Below are positions 9,741-19,427 of a stretch of 64,000 nt of DNA, one piece after another. The first letter of the stretch is position 1, and every line of letters begins with the position of its first letter. The position numbers and the translations under genes are program-made. Origin of the DNA: an uncultured archaeon (GTDB lineage: Archaea; Asgardarchaeota; Lokiarchaeia; Sigyniarchaeales; SOKP01); contig CAZALK010000006.1 of assembly GCA_964486045.1 (NCBI GenBank), positions 160,001-224,000 on the forward strand. Reading direction: 5' to 3'. Under the pieces are notes generated by a model. It had not been told where the DNA came from and did no database searches. It saw nothing but the letters and a program-made list of their open reading frames with translations.

Positions 9741-10208
9741 TTATAAAATAAGTAAATTTATCCATTCCGCAACTACAGCAGGCTGAGTCTGTTCTTTTAT
9801 TTCGATCGTATGATGTGACGTGAATTTCATACCTCTTTTAACTAACTCTACCTTTGAGATGTATGAAACATCTCGAATAAAAGATCCGACTGGTACAGCG
9901 GAAATAAATCTAACTTTATCAAATCCATAACTAAGTATTGCTTTTGCATCAGTTATATAAAATTGCATTAAATCTCTCTCCCCGTCTTGTAAAGTAAAGA
10001 AACCTAACATTGATAAAACAAAGAACCCATGAGCAACAGTTCTCCCATAAATTGATGCAAGTGCTTTTTCAGGATTAATATGGATATATTGGTGATCTTT
10101 GGTAAGGTCAGCAAATTTATCTATAGCTTCTTGAGTAACTTTATACCATCTTGTAACAAATTTTTGACCTATATAATTTTTTATTTCAATTGCCTTAATA
10201 TTTACCAT
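9741..10208 (-). CDS. MaoC-family (R)-enoyl-CoA hydratase
   Basis: FADLTKDHQYIH, TVAHGF and YGFDKVRFISAV hydratase-2 motifs. Confidence 0.92.
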   Translation of the reverse strand: MVNIKAIEIKNYIGQKFVTRWYKVTQEAIDKFADLTKDHQYIHINPEKALASIYGRTVAHGFFVLSMLGFFTLQDGERDLMQFYITDAKAILSYGFDKVRFISAVPVGSFIRDVSYISKVELVKRGMKFTSHHTIEIKEQTQPAVVAEWINLLIL

Positions 10209-10332
10209 TTTAATTCTCGTGATGAATGACTTTAACTAGGATTCCAATTTTTATTCAAAAGTGATTTACAAAGTTATTTATTTATAATTCTATAAAAATT
10301 GTACTTAAATAATTCTGGATATTTTTTTTCTT

Positions 10333-11574
10333 TCATTTTTTCTCCTCTGAAAGTTGTTCAATAAAGGCTTCAATGCTTGTTTTTGATTGTTCATCAGAAA
10401 GACACCTTAAATCATTTAAATCTCCATCTATAATCAAATTTGGTATTCCTACTTTTTTTTCGAGTCTTTGTGGCATACCATAGCGAGAGTTGGTATTATG
10501 CGGACAAGTTTTTGAATCATGAAATAGGATTCCATCAATTTTAAAAAATTCAATCATTTGCTTAAGGTAATCTTCTTTATAACCATCTGAACGTACTATG
10601 AATAACTCAGTATAAGCTTTTGCCATACTCTTAAAGGGGTCTCTTTCATCAAAAGAAGTAAAAATCCAGCTATTACAATAAGTAGATGCAACAACACATA
10701 CATTAAGGCTAGCAAATAACTCAGAATAATGCCGAAGTCTTCCCCAAATAGGCATTCCATCCCAATATATTCTAAAACGTTCGTCTTCCACAGCTCCTTC
10801 ATGTCTTTCTACTCTCTTTATCAATTCAGGTAATAAAAGGTTATAGTAGTCCACAGCATGTTGGGTTCCTCTTAGGACCACAGCGGGTCCCATTTGAATT
10901 GTGCCATCGAAAAATGTAATTGGTGAAGGTATGTTCGCTGCTGTATCTAATACATTTTTCCATAAATCGGAACATTTGCGTGAGAGTGAAATAACTTTTT
11001 TAAGTTTATTCATCTCAAACTTAACACTTGAAATTTTCTCTAGAGGTTCTATGAGTTCCTCCAATTCTTGTGCTACATATGATATTACTGTTTTATCAAC
11101 AACATCAATAGTTCTGGGTGTAAAGATACCAATTAAGGGGACTTTAAATTCCTCAGCAAACCATCGGAACCAGTCCTGAACCTCTCTACATTGATTTGTA
11201 TTAAACACCAGCACATCAGGTTTTGGTATAGATTTTATTTTAGGATAGGCTCTTGTTAATGGTGTAATATTTTTTAGATAAGCACCAATATCAGCTGTAA
11301 GATAAGAACATATTTCAGGAGAATATCCAATCGCATTTGCATATGGAATTAAATCAGTTGCCATTCTAGTAGAGCCTAGCATAGCACTATGGTTTTCTGG
11401 GAAGTAAACGTAGAATCCTAGAGCTCTTAAAATTTCAGCAGGTCCAACGCTAGAACACCACGCAATTTTCTTATTTTCATGTTTAGATGCGTCATCTAAT
11501 TCGTTATAATAATCAGCCATAATTTGCTTTAATTCATTTGTCGAAGTTATTTCTTTTCTATGCAAATAATTCAC
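10333..11574 (-). CDS. 2-hydroxyacyl-CoA dehydratase family subunit (HgdA/FldB/BcrB-like)
   Basis: PAEILRA, FPENH, EICSY, PKPD, NQC, RIYWDGMP, KTC and C-terminal IDGD..D......EQ..T.IEAFIE. Confidence 0.9.
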   Translation of the reverse strand: MNYLHRKEITSTNELKQIMADYYNELDDASKHENKKIAWCSSVGPAEILRALGFYVYFPENHSAMLGSTRMATDLIPYANAIGYSPEICSYLTADIGAYLKNITPLTRAYPKIKSIPKPDVLVFNTNQCREVQDWFRWFAEEFKVPLIGIFTPRTIDVVDKTVISYVAQELEELIEPLEKISSVKFEMNKLKKVISLSRKCSDLWKNVLDTAANIPSPITFFDGTIQMGPAVVLRGTQHAVDYYNLLLPELIKRVERHEGAVEDERFRIYWDGMPIWGRLRHYSELFASLNVCVVASTYCNSWIFTSFDERDPFKSMAKAYTELFIVRSDGYKEDYLKQMIEFFKIDGILFHDSKTCPHNTNSRYGMPQRLEKKVGIPNLIIDGDLNDLRCLSDEQSKTSIEAFIEQLSEEKK

Positions 11575-11625
11575 CTAATTATTGATTTAACAGAATTTCA
11601 ATTTAGAAATTTTAATTATTTAATA

Positions 11626-12834
11626 CTAATCTACTATTACTTCTAATACCAAAGCTGCTGCAGTATCCCCAGCTGCGCAACCATCTGCGAGTCCATAACC
11701 CCCTCCTTTCAGAACTAATTCTTCAATTAATTCAATTATTATCCGTAACATTGTAGGTGCTTGTGGATGGCCAAATATCAGTGAACTTCCATAGTTATTC
11801 ATACTGTTCCAATCAATATCCATCTCCTTACAGAAATATACATCATTTACTGCAAATGGGTTATGAGTTTTAATTACTGACAAATCAGCTATAGAAACAT
11901 TGGCTCGCTCTAAAGCTTTTTTTGCCGCAGGGACAATAGCCATAGCCATATATCCCTTTTTTGTTTTATAATCTCCATAAGAAACTATTTTAATCTCGAT
12001 ATTCTCCCTTTTTCTTAAGTTTTTGGCATGTTCTTTTGTAGTAACTATTACACCACAATTTGCATCAGCGGGATGCGTTTGAGTCCCATAAGTAATAGTA
12101 CCCTCTGGAAGTACGGGTTTAAGTTTTAAAAGCCCTTCCATTGTAGTTGGATATACACCCTCATCTCCTTCTATAGTAGCTACTATCTTTCGACCTGAGC
12201 GATTTTTTATCTCGATTGGATCAATCATATATGTCTTTTGGAAGGCTCTGTCATCCTTTAATGAGTCTTGATACTGGTTGTATCGTAATAGGGTGATGTT
12301 ATCTTGATCTTTTCTTGTAATACCTGCTTCTTTTGCCACATTTTCGCCAGTTTCTAACATTGAATTCTTAGCATAAGGGTCATAACCAAAATTATCCCAA
12401 ACCCAGTTCTCAGAGTCCACCGTGTTACCAGGTGCTTGAGGATTAGGATAGGCAAGATGCGGTCCATTGGAACATCGATCAGTGCATACTAGAAGGATAT
12501 TTTTGTGTACTCCCGTCTCGATATTCTGTGCTGCAATGGATACGGAACTGGTTCCTGTAGCACATGCTTGACTAATAACAGGACCAGTAATATTTTCCGC
12601 TCCGATCATACTCGCTAACCAAGGTCCTCCATAGAAACAGTTGAGTTGTGGTATTGTAATTCCTAATATAAGCTCATCAAAATCCTTGGGAGATATTCCA
12701 CTACTATCTAAAAATTTTGTAGTTATTTCCGCTGCAAATTTCATGGCATGGAGATTTTGAAAACTACCTTGCCATCTACTAAACGGTGTACTCCAATATT
12801 GACCATATGGTATGAATGCGTTTTTAAAAGACAT
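11626..12834 (-). CDS. Thiolase family protein (atypical HNPF subtype)
   Basis: QACATG (catalytic Cys), GDEG, KTHNPFAVND, GHPQ and GCAAG. Confidence 0.9.
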   Translation of the reverse strand: MSFKNAFIPYGQYWSTPFSRWQGSFQNLHAMKFAAEITTKFLDSSGISPKDFDELILGITIPQLNCFYGGPWLASMIGAENITGPVISQACATGTSSVSIAAQNIETGVHKNILLVCTDRCSNGPHLAYPNPQAPGNTVDSENWVWDNFGYDPYAKNSMLETGENVAKEAGITRKDQDNITLLRYNQYQDSLKDDRAFQKTYMIDPIEIKNRSGRKIVATIEGDEGVYPTTMEGLLKLKPVLPEGTITYGTQTHPADANCGVIVTTKEHAKNLRKRENIEIKIVSYGDYKTKKGYMAMAIVPAAKKALERANVSIADLSVIKTHNPFAVNDVYFCKEMDIDWNSMNNYGSSLIFGHPQAPTMLRIIIELIEELVLKGGGYGLADGCAAGDTAAALVLEVIVD

Positions 12835-12878
12835 TTATTTTATATCCTCTTAGTTCTTATTCAATTTTTTAATGTAAT

Positions 12879-14459
12879 TTAATCATTCTTTTTTTGTTCA
12901 TTAAATCTTTCGCGTAGAATCCGGTGAATAACCTTACCAGAACCAGTTCTTGGAATCTCTTCAGAATTAATACATATAACCTTTTTTGGAATTTTAAATC
13001 GTGTAAGCTTATCCTCACAAAATTGACGAATTGTTTTGGTAATTTCGCTTGAAGGTGCCATTTTTTCCTTTAAAACACAAACAGCAGTCACTTCTTCTCC
13101 CCATTTATAATCTTGTAAACCAATTACAGCACATTCAACTACATAAGGATGTGTTGCTATAATTTTTTCAACTTCAGAAGGAAAAACATGTTCTCCACCG
13201 GTAATAATCATATTAGCTTTCCTATCTACAATGTAATAGAATCCATCCTTATCTTTTTTAGCCATATCACCCGCACTAAAAAATTCTCCTTTAAATGAGT
13301 CTTTAGTCTTCCCAGATAATTTATAATACTCATCAAACATTTGAGGTCCGCGCGAATACAATTCACCAATTTCACCTAATTGTGCTGGGTTTCCTTGTTC
13401 ATCTAATATTTGAATACAATCAGTTCCAATACATTCTTTTCCAATTGAACCTAGCTTATCCATCTGATCCTCAGGTCTAAGGATTGTTACCAAACCAGCC
13501 TCCGTTGAGCCATAAGCTTCAAAAAGATGAGTTTGATTAAATAATTCCATTACATTAAGTTTCATTTGTTTAGTTGCTGGAGCTGAGGAGGTCAGAAGAG
13601 CTCGCATGGAACTTAAATCGTATATCTTTTTAACATCTTCGGGTAGATTTAATATTAAATTGTAATGAGTGGGAATCATAGATGTGAAAGTTATTTTCTC
13701 TCGATCAATAATCCTTAAAACATCTTCAGGGTTAAAGTTATATTCAATATGAATATATACAGGGGCTCCTAAGTAAGTAAAAACAAAAGAATAAAAAGTG
13801 GAATTTACATGAGATAATGGCATCAATATCATCCCATAATCTTGAGGAGTAAAGGAGAATTCCGCCCCATTAATTAAAAAAAAAGCTATATATGACCGAT
13901 GTGACCGTACTGCACCCTTAGGACTCCCTGTTGTACCTGATGTATAAAGAATAACCCACGTATCTTCTGGATTAACTTTAATAGGAGGGTAATTATTTTC
14001 ACCCAATTCTACAATATCCTCATAATGAGTCCAATTTTTTACAGGATTATCAGATATCAGTACACGTTCAATATTATCATATCCCAGTTCATTTGATCTT
14101 TGCCAAATTTCTTCTGTAGCTTCACGGAATCGAGATTCTACAATTAAATATTTAGCATCGCAGTTAGTAAGTATGAATGAAATCTCATTTGGATGCAACC
14201 GAAAATTTAATGGTACGATAATAAATCCTCCTTTTGCAGCTGCTATGTATACTTCCATAAATTCAATTGAATTATTAGATAGGATTGCTACCTTATCTCC
14301 CTTGGATATCCCACTCTTAAGAAATCCATTAGCCAGTTTGTTTGTTCTTTCGTTAAGTTCATTAAATGTTAATTGTTGTTTTCTATCTTTTAATGCAAGT
14401 TTATTTGGATATTTTGATGCATTTACAGTAATTATTTCACCAATATTAAGCCAAGTCAT
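12879..14459 (-). CDS. AMP-forming acyl/aryl-CoA ligase
   Basis: YTSGTTGSPKG, AYGSTE, GELYSRGP, SAGDM, IVDRK..MIITGGE and PRTGSGKV. Confidence 0.93.
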   Translation of the reverse strand: MTWLNIGEIITVNASKYPNKLALKDRKQQLTFNELNERTNKLANGFLKSGISKGDKVAILSNNSIEFMEVYIAAAKGGFIIVPLNFRLHPNEISFILTNCDAKYLIVESRFREATEEIWQRSNELGYDNIERVLISDNPVKNWTHYEDIVELGENNYPPIKVNPEDTWVILYTSGTTGSPKGAVRSHRSYIAFFLINGAEFSFTPQDYGMILMPLSHVNSTFYSFVFTYLGAPVYIHIEYNFNPEDVLRIIDREKITFTSMIPTHYNLILNLPEDVKKIYDLSSMRALLTSSAPATKQMKLNVMELFNQTHLFEAYGSTEAGLVTILRPEDQMDKLGSIGKECIGTDCIQILDEQGNPAQLGEIGELYSRGPQMFDEYYKLSGKTKDSFKGEFFSAGDMAKKDKDGFYYIVDRKANMIITGGEHVFPSEVEKIIATHPYVVECAVIGLQDYKWGEEVTAVCVLKEKMAPSSEITKTIRQFCEDKLTRFKIPKKVICINSEEIPRTGSGKVIHRILRERFNEQKKND

Positions 14460-14506
14460 AAACCCATCATCTATTTCTTCTTTTAATCAATTAAATATCT
14501 CAATTA

Positions 14507-14755
14507 TTAATTTTTTTTTTGCTTGATATAGATTGTTCTCAAATTATCAAAATCAGCTTTAAAGCATGCCTGACAATTAGCTGCCTCATTGGGAGTTGCA
14601 GGTTCAATAAGCACATCGTAACCAATTGATTCATACAGTTCTACATATTCTTTTACTCTATTTTCTTCAATTGTGAATCCCCTCTCCCAGTCTTTCCCTC
14701 TCACTGGAATCCCAAGACTTTTTTTTTCATAGGATTTTTCTTTATCGGAAACCAT
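14507..14755 (-). CDS. Small hypothetical protein with CxxC, first gene of the ligase operon
   Basis: 82-aa ORF co-oriented and 47 nt upstream of the ligase, with protein-like composition (WERGF, EYVELYESIGY, CQAC, TIYI). Confidence 0.7.
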   Translation of the reverse strand: MVSDKEKSYEKKSLGIPVRGKDWERGFTIEENRVKEYVELYESIGYDVLIEPATPNEAANCQACFKADFDNLRTIYIKQKKN

Positions 14756-14981
14756 AATAATTCTGAGTCATTTTCAATTTTTTTCGAATATACAATATGT
14801 ATTATTATAATCTTCTGTTTAAACATTACTTTTTTCCAATTCCCTTCTGATTTATAATCATAGTGGTACTTTATTCCCACCATACGTTCCCCATTAAAAA
14901 ATTTTAAATTGATTTGTAAAATTATCTAAGAATAATAATAAAAATAGAAGAAATCAAAAAAGAATAAAGATGTGATTTATA

Positions 14982-15950
14982 ATGACTTATACAAAAGAAC
15001 CAAATTTTATACCTAAAGCTCCAAAAGATTTTGATTTTAAAGAAATAATATATGAAAAGAAAGACTGGAAGGCAAAAGTAACAATTAATCGTCCGGAGGT
15101 TTATAACGCTTATTCAACTCTTACGTTAATGGAAATGATTGAGGCTTTTCATGATGCCGCCTGGGATAACAAAGTCGCAGTGATAATCTTAACAGGTGCA
15201 GGTGATAAAGCATTCTGTACTGGTGGGGATGTAAAAGAATATAGGGAACGTTTTACGGTCCGACCTGCTGAGTATTGGAAATGGATGAGTATTTTTCAAG
15301 AAGCTCATGATGTATTCCGTAATATAGGAAAACCTACTGTGGCAAGGCTTAATGGAATTGTCGCAGGCGGAGGGAATGAATGGCAAATGGCTTGTGATTT
15401 AGCGATAGCAGCAGAACACGCAACAATCCAACAAGTAGGAACTCGAGTGGGTTCAGTGGCTTGTGGGGGAGCAACTCAGTGGTTACCCATTATAGTTGGT
15501 GATCGACGTGCGAGGGAAATTTTATTCTTATGTGAACCAATCTCCGCTAAAAAAGCATTAGATTGGGGATTAGTGAATGAAGTAGTACCATATGCAGAAA
15601 TAGATGAGGCAGTTGATAAAATGTGCCAGAAGTTGATTGATAAGTTTCCAGAATGCATGAGATATACTAAACAACAAGTTAATTTCTGGAAGGATTTTGT
15701 ATGGCATCAAACAATTGGGCATGCAAAAGATTGGTTATCTATACACTATGCAAGTTGGGAACCACTCGAGGGGATGTCAGCCTTTGTAGAAAAACGCCCT
15801 CCAAACTATAGAGGTGTACGTGAGAGTCCACATCCAGAATTTTTATGGGGTCCACCTTCGATAACATGTCCTTCATGTCAAGCTAAAAGTTTACCTTCTG
15901 ATTTCGAATTTTGTGGAAAGTGTGGTACTAAATTAAAGGAAAATTCCTAA
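14982..15950 (+). CDS. oah: 6-oxocyclohex-1-ene-1-carbonyl-CoA hydrolase (Oah/BamA/BzdY-like) with C-terminal Zn ribbon
   Basis: Crotonase fold with Oah-like segments GDKAFCTGG.VKEY, GS...GGAT..LP, LCEP.SA.KA and KL...FPEC; first gene before dch-had-bzd. Confidence 0.8.
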   Translation: MTYTKEPNFIPKAPKDFDFKEIIYEKKDWKAKVTINRPEVYNAYSTLTLMEMIEAFHDAAWDNKVAVIILTGAGDKAFCTGGDVKEYRERFTVRPAEYWKWMSIFQEAHDVFRNIGKPTVARLNGIVAGGGNEWQMACDLAIAAEHATIQQVGTRVGSVACGGATQWLPIIVGDRRAREILFLCEPISAKKALDWGLVNEVVPYAEIDEAVDKMCQKLIDKFPECMRYTKQQVNFWKDFVWHQTIGHAKDWLSIHYASWEPLEGMSAFVEKRPPNYRGVRESPHPEFLWGPPSITCPSCQAKSLPSDFEFCGKCGTKLKENS

Positions 15951-16009
15951 ATATCATGTACCTTCTTTTTTTTTCTCTTTAGAAAAATCAATATAATTAT
16001 AGAAATTAG

Positions 16010-16786
16010 GTGAAAAAGGTGGAAAATGATCTAATTATAATCGAAAAAACGAAAGAGATTGCGAAAATAATTTTCAACAATGGAGATTATAATATAATGA
16101 ATATGAAAATGATGGAGCAAATCAATGAAGCAATTAAAAAATTCATTGGGGATGATTCATTAAAGGCTTTGGTTTTTGATCACAATGGAAAGGCTTTTTC
16201 TGCGGGTGTTGATATAGGAGACCATATGGGTGATAAGGCACCAAGGATGATTAAGATATTTCATGATATTTTTAGAAATTTAAATAAACTGAAATGTTTA
16301 ACGATAGCATCTGTGAAAGGATCCGCGCTTGGAGGTGGGTGTGAAATTGCCATGTTTTGCGACATAGTAATAACTTCTGAAAAGGCAAAATTTGGACAGC
16401 CAGAAATAAAAGTGGGTGTATTCCCACCCATAGCCATGCTTGTACTACCTCAGATTATTGGAAATAAAAAAGCAATTGAAATTCTTTTATTAGGTGAATC
16501 AATCACTGCTAAAGAGGCTCTTCAATTAGGTTTAACTAATCATATCTTCCCGAAGGAATCTTATGAACAAAATTTTACCCAATTTATTGATTCTTTAAGA
16601 AATTTAAGCACAATCGTATTAAAATACTCAAAAAAAGCTTTTTATGATGGATTGGGATTAGATTTTGAAACTCAACTTGACCAAATTGAAGAATTCTATC
16701 TTAATGAATTGATGACAACTCATGACGCAAATGAAGGACTCAAGGCATTCATGGAAAAAAGACCCCCAAATTGGCAAAATCGTTAA
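16010..16786 (+). CDS. dch: Cyclohexa-1,5-diene-1-carbonyl-CoA hydratase (Dch/BamR/BzdW)
   Basis: AKFGQPEIKVGVFPP and C-terminus YLNELMTTHDANEGLKAFMEKRPPNWQNR closely match Dch as I recall it; supported by gene context. Confidence 0.88.
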   Translation: MKKVENDLIIIEKTKEIAKIIFNNGDYNIMNMKMMEQINEAIKKFIGDDSLKALVFDHNGKAFSAGVDIGDHMGDKAPRMIKIFHDIFRNLNKLKCLTIASVKGSALGGGCEIAMFCDIVITSEKAKFGQPEIKVGVFPPIAMLVLPQIIGNKKAIEILLLGESITAKEALQLGLTNHIFPKESYEQNFTQFIDSLRNLSTIVLKYSKKAFYDGLGLDFETQLDQIEEFYLNELMTTHDANEGLKAFMEKRPPNWQNR

Positions 16787-16863
16787 AAAATATCATAGTT
16801 TTAAATATTTTATTGGTTAAATTCATAATAATAAAAAAATTAAAAAATGTGTAGGAAATAAAG

Positions 16864-17910
16864 ATGAGAGCGGCAATTTTTGAAAAGGTTAAAGAACCAT
16901 TTAAGTTAATAGAAGACTATCCTTCCCCAAGTATTTCTGGTGAATTAGGAAAAATCATAATTGACGTTGTAGCGTGCGGTGTGTGCCATACTGATATAGG
17001 ATACATAGATCATGGAGTTCCAACTGTTACTCCACCACCACTTATTTTAGGTCATGAAATTTCTGGAATTGTTAAAGAAGTTAGTGAGGATGTTACTACT
17101 TTCAAACAAGGAGATCATGTTATTATCCCAGCAGTTCTTACTTGCGGATATTGCTTTAATTGTCGAAGTGGACGGGAAAACATCTGCAATAATCAACAAA
17201 TGCTCGGTAATCATATTAATGGAGGATTTGCAGAACAAATAATGGTACCTGTGAAAGATATTGTTCATCTCCCTAATGAATTATCATTAGAAGAGAGTTG
17301 TATTATAGCTGATGCCGTATCAACACCCTATCATGCAGTTAAAAATCGAGCAAAAGTACGGCCAGGTGACTGGGTTGTAGTTTTCGGATGCGGTGGAATT
17401 GGTTTAAATGTGATTCAGAATGTAAAAATAGCAGGAGGGTTACCTATTGCTGTTGATTTAGTCTCAAGAAAACTCGAAGTCGCAAAACAACTTGGGGCTG
17501 TAAAGACGATATTAGCTAAAGATTTAGATGAACGCGAAGTTGTAGGAACCATTCGCAAAATTACTGGGGGTGGGGCAGACATTGCTATCGAAGCTATTGG
17601 AAGCCCAATCACAATGAAACAAGCATTTAACAGTTTGCGAACTGGTGGGAGATTAGTTGCTGTAGGATATTCACCTAAACGTTGGGATGGATTTGATATC
17701 GGAAGAGTAATGTTTAGAGAAATGGAGATAAAGGGTAGTCTTGGCTGTCGTCCGGTTGATTACCCAAGAATTATAGATTTAGTCCAAAATGGCTCAATTT
17801 TATTGAAACCTTTAGTTACGCACAAATTTCCTCTTTCAGAAATTAACAAGGCTTTTGATATGATGAGAAGAGGTGAAGGAATTCGGATTGTAATTTTATG
17901 CCAAAACTAG
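16864..17910 (+). CDS. had: 6-hydroxycyclohex-1-ene-1-carbonyl-CoA dehydrogenase (Had/BamQ/BzdX)
   Basis: Zn-ADH with Had-type CGVCHTDIGY..HGV.T, LGHEISG, IPAVLTCG.C..C.......C, GN...GGFA and ADAVSTPYHAV. Confidence 0.88.
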   Translation: MRAAIFEKVKEPFKLIEDYPSPSISGELGKIIIDVVACGVCHTDIGYIDHGVPTVTPPPLILGHEISGIVKEVSEDVTTFKQGDHVIIPAVLTCGYCFNCRSGRENICNNQQMLGNHINGGFAEQIMVPVKDIVHLPNELSLEESCIIADAVSTPYHAVKNRAKVRPGDWVVVFGCGGIGLNVIQNVKIAGGLPIAVDLVSRKLEVAKQLGAVKTILAKDLDEREVVGTIRKITGGGADIAIEAIGSPITMKQAFNSLRTGGRLVAVGYSPKRWDGFDIGRVMFREMEIKGSLGCRPVDYPRIIDLVQNGSILLKPLVTHKFPLSEINKAFDMMRRGEGIRIVILCQN

Positions 17911-18285
17911 AAATACTAAAAATCTAAACAGAACAAGTTTCTAGGCAATCAATAAGGAGAAAAATATAAATACACTAATAAGTACACTTATTCTTCAACA
18001 TCAAAATTAGAAAATAATTTTTAAATACAATAATTGACACATTTAATTTGCAAAAATTTTATACTAAAAATAAAAAAATTTAAAATATTCAAGTTTGTTT
18101 ACTGAGGTTGAATAACTTGGAAGTTCAAAATTTCACTTCTATTCATTCCTAGTGGGGCAGAAGTTTACCCACAAATTTCCCGTTTTGAGACTTAATGATA
18201 ATAATTTAATATGGATTTATAATTATAGTAATTTGACTTCCCTATAATTAGAAACATAAATAAAAATTATTTTTATTTTTCAATT

Positions 18286-19416
18286 TTGGAAATGTTTAAT
18301 CAGTTTAGAGTTTGGTATGAAAATCGACACGATTATGCTAAAAAGTGGAAGGAACGCACTGGTGGTAAAGTAATAGGCTACTTTTGTACATATGTGCCGG
18401 AAGAGATATTATATGCTGCTAATATTCTCCCCGTAAGAATACTAGGTAGTCATGAGCCACAAGATGTTTCAGAACAATATATTTTTGCTATGTTCTGCCC
18501 TTTTTGTCGTGATTGCTTAGCGCAAGGTTTGAAAGGGAGATTTGATTATCTTGATGGAATTATGATTGCTCAAAGTTGCTTACATATTAGGCAAGCTTTT
18601 ACAAGCTGGGATCTTCATATTCCTGTTGATTTTAAATATTATTTACCTCATCCAATGAATGTCCAAAGTCCTCATGCAATTCCTTATTTAACGGAGGAAT
18701 TAAAATTATTCAAGAAAACTGTTGAAGAATGGATTGGAAAACAAATCACAGATGATGATATTAAACGAGGAATTGAGTTAATGAATAAAAATAGACAACT
18801 TTTACAAAAAGTATATGAATTTAGAAAAAAACCTAACCCACCATTAACTGGTCTTGAAGCGATGATCATGGTAGTTTCTGCGCAGACAACAGATAAACTA
18901 GAACATAACCAAGAATTAGAAGCTGTTTTGCAAAAACTCCCATCAAGGAACATCGATAATTCAGGTGAACGACTTATGATCATAGGTTCCGAAGATGACG
19001 ACACGAAATTTATAGAAATGGTTGAAAATTTGGGAGCAAAAATTGTGATTGATGACCATTGTACAGGCACAAGATATTTCGATAAGGAAATAAAAATTGT
19101 TGGAGATTTGCTGAATTCAATTTCAGAAAGGTATATAAAACGTATACCATGCCCAAGTAAGGATTGGCCTCAAAGAACAAGACTAGATCATATTGTACAA
19201 TTCGCAAAGGATTATAATGTTCAAGGTGCTATCATAATGCAAATGAAATTTTGTGATCCCCATGAGCTAGATACTGTTGCAATCAAGGATAAACTAGAGA
19301 AAGACCTTGGTATTCCTACTATATTCCTTGAATTTGATGTTACAGTTCCGATGGGTCAATTTAAGACTCGGGTTGAGGCATTTCTTGAAATCCTTAGGGA
19401 GGAGGATCTTTTTTAA
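18286..19416 (+). CDS. bzdN: Benzoyl-CoA reductase subunit BzdN (ATG at 18292 is an alternative start)
   Basis: [61 protein letters not shown] and [18 protein letters not shown]. Confidence 0.93.
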   Translation: MEMFNQFRVWYENRHDYAKKWKERTGGKVIGYFCTYVPEEILYAANILPVRILGSHEPQDVSEQYIFAMFCPFCRDCLAQGLKGRFDYLDGIMIAQSCLHIRQAFTSWDLHIPVDFKYYLPHPMNVQSPHAIPYLTEELKLFKKTVEEWIGKQITDDDIKRGIELMNKNRQLLQKVYEFRKKPNPPLTGLEAMIMVVSAQTTDKLEHNQELEAVLQKLPSRNIDNSGERLMIIGSEDDDTKFIEMVENLGAKIVIDDHCTGTRYFDKEIKIVGDLLNSISERYIKRIPCPSKDWPQRTRLDHIVQFAKDYNVQGAIIMQMKFCDPHELDTVAIKDKLEKDLGIPTIFLEFDVTVPMGQFKTRVEAFLEILREEDLF

Positions 19417-19427
19417 GAGATAATAAA

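Noticed and set aside
17911-18285. Long intergenic region before bzdN as a possible ncRNA, SECIS or small ORF
   Set aside because: No convincing hairpin or ORF with SD, and no neighbouring gene shows an in-frame TGA at a Cys position; most likely a promoter region.
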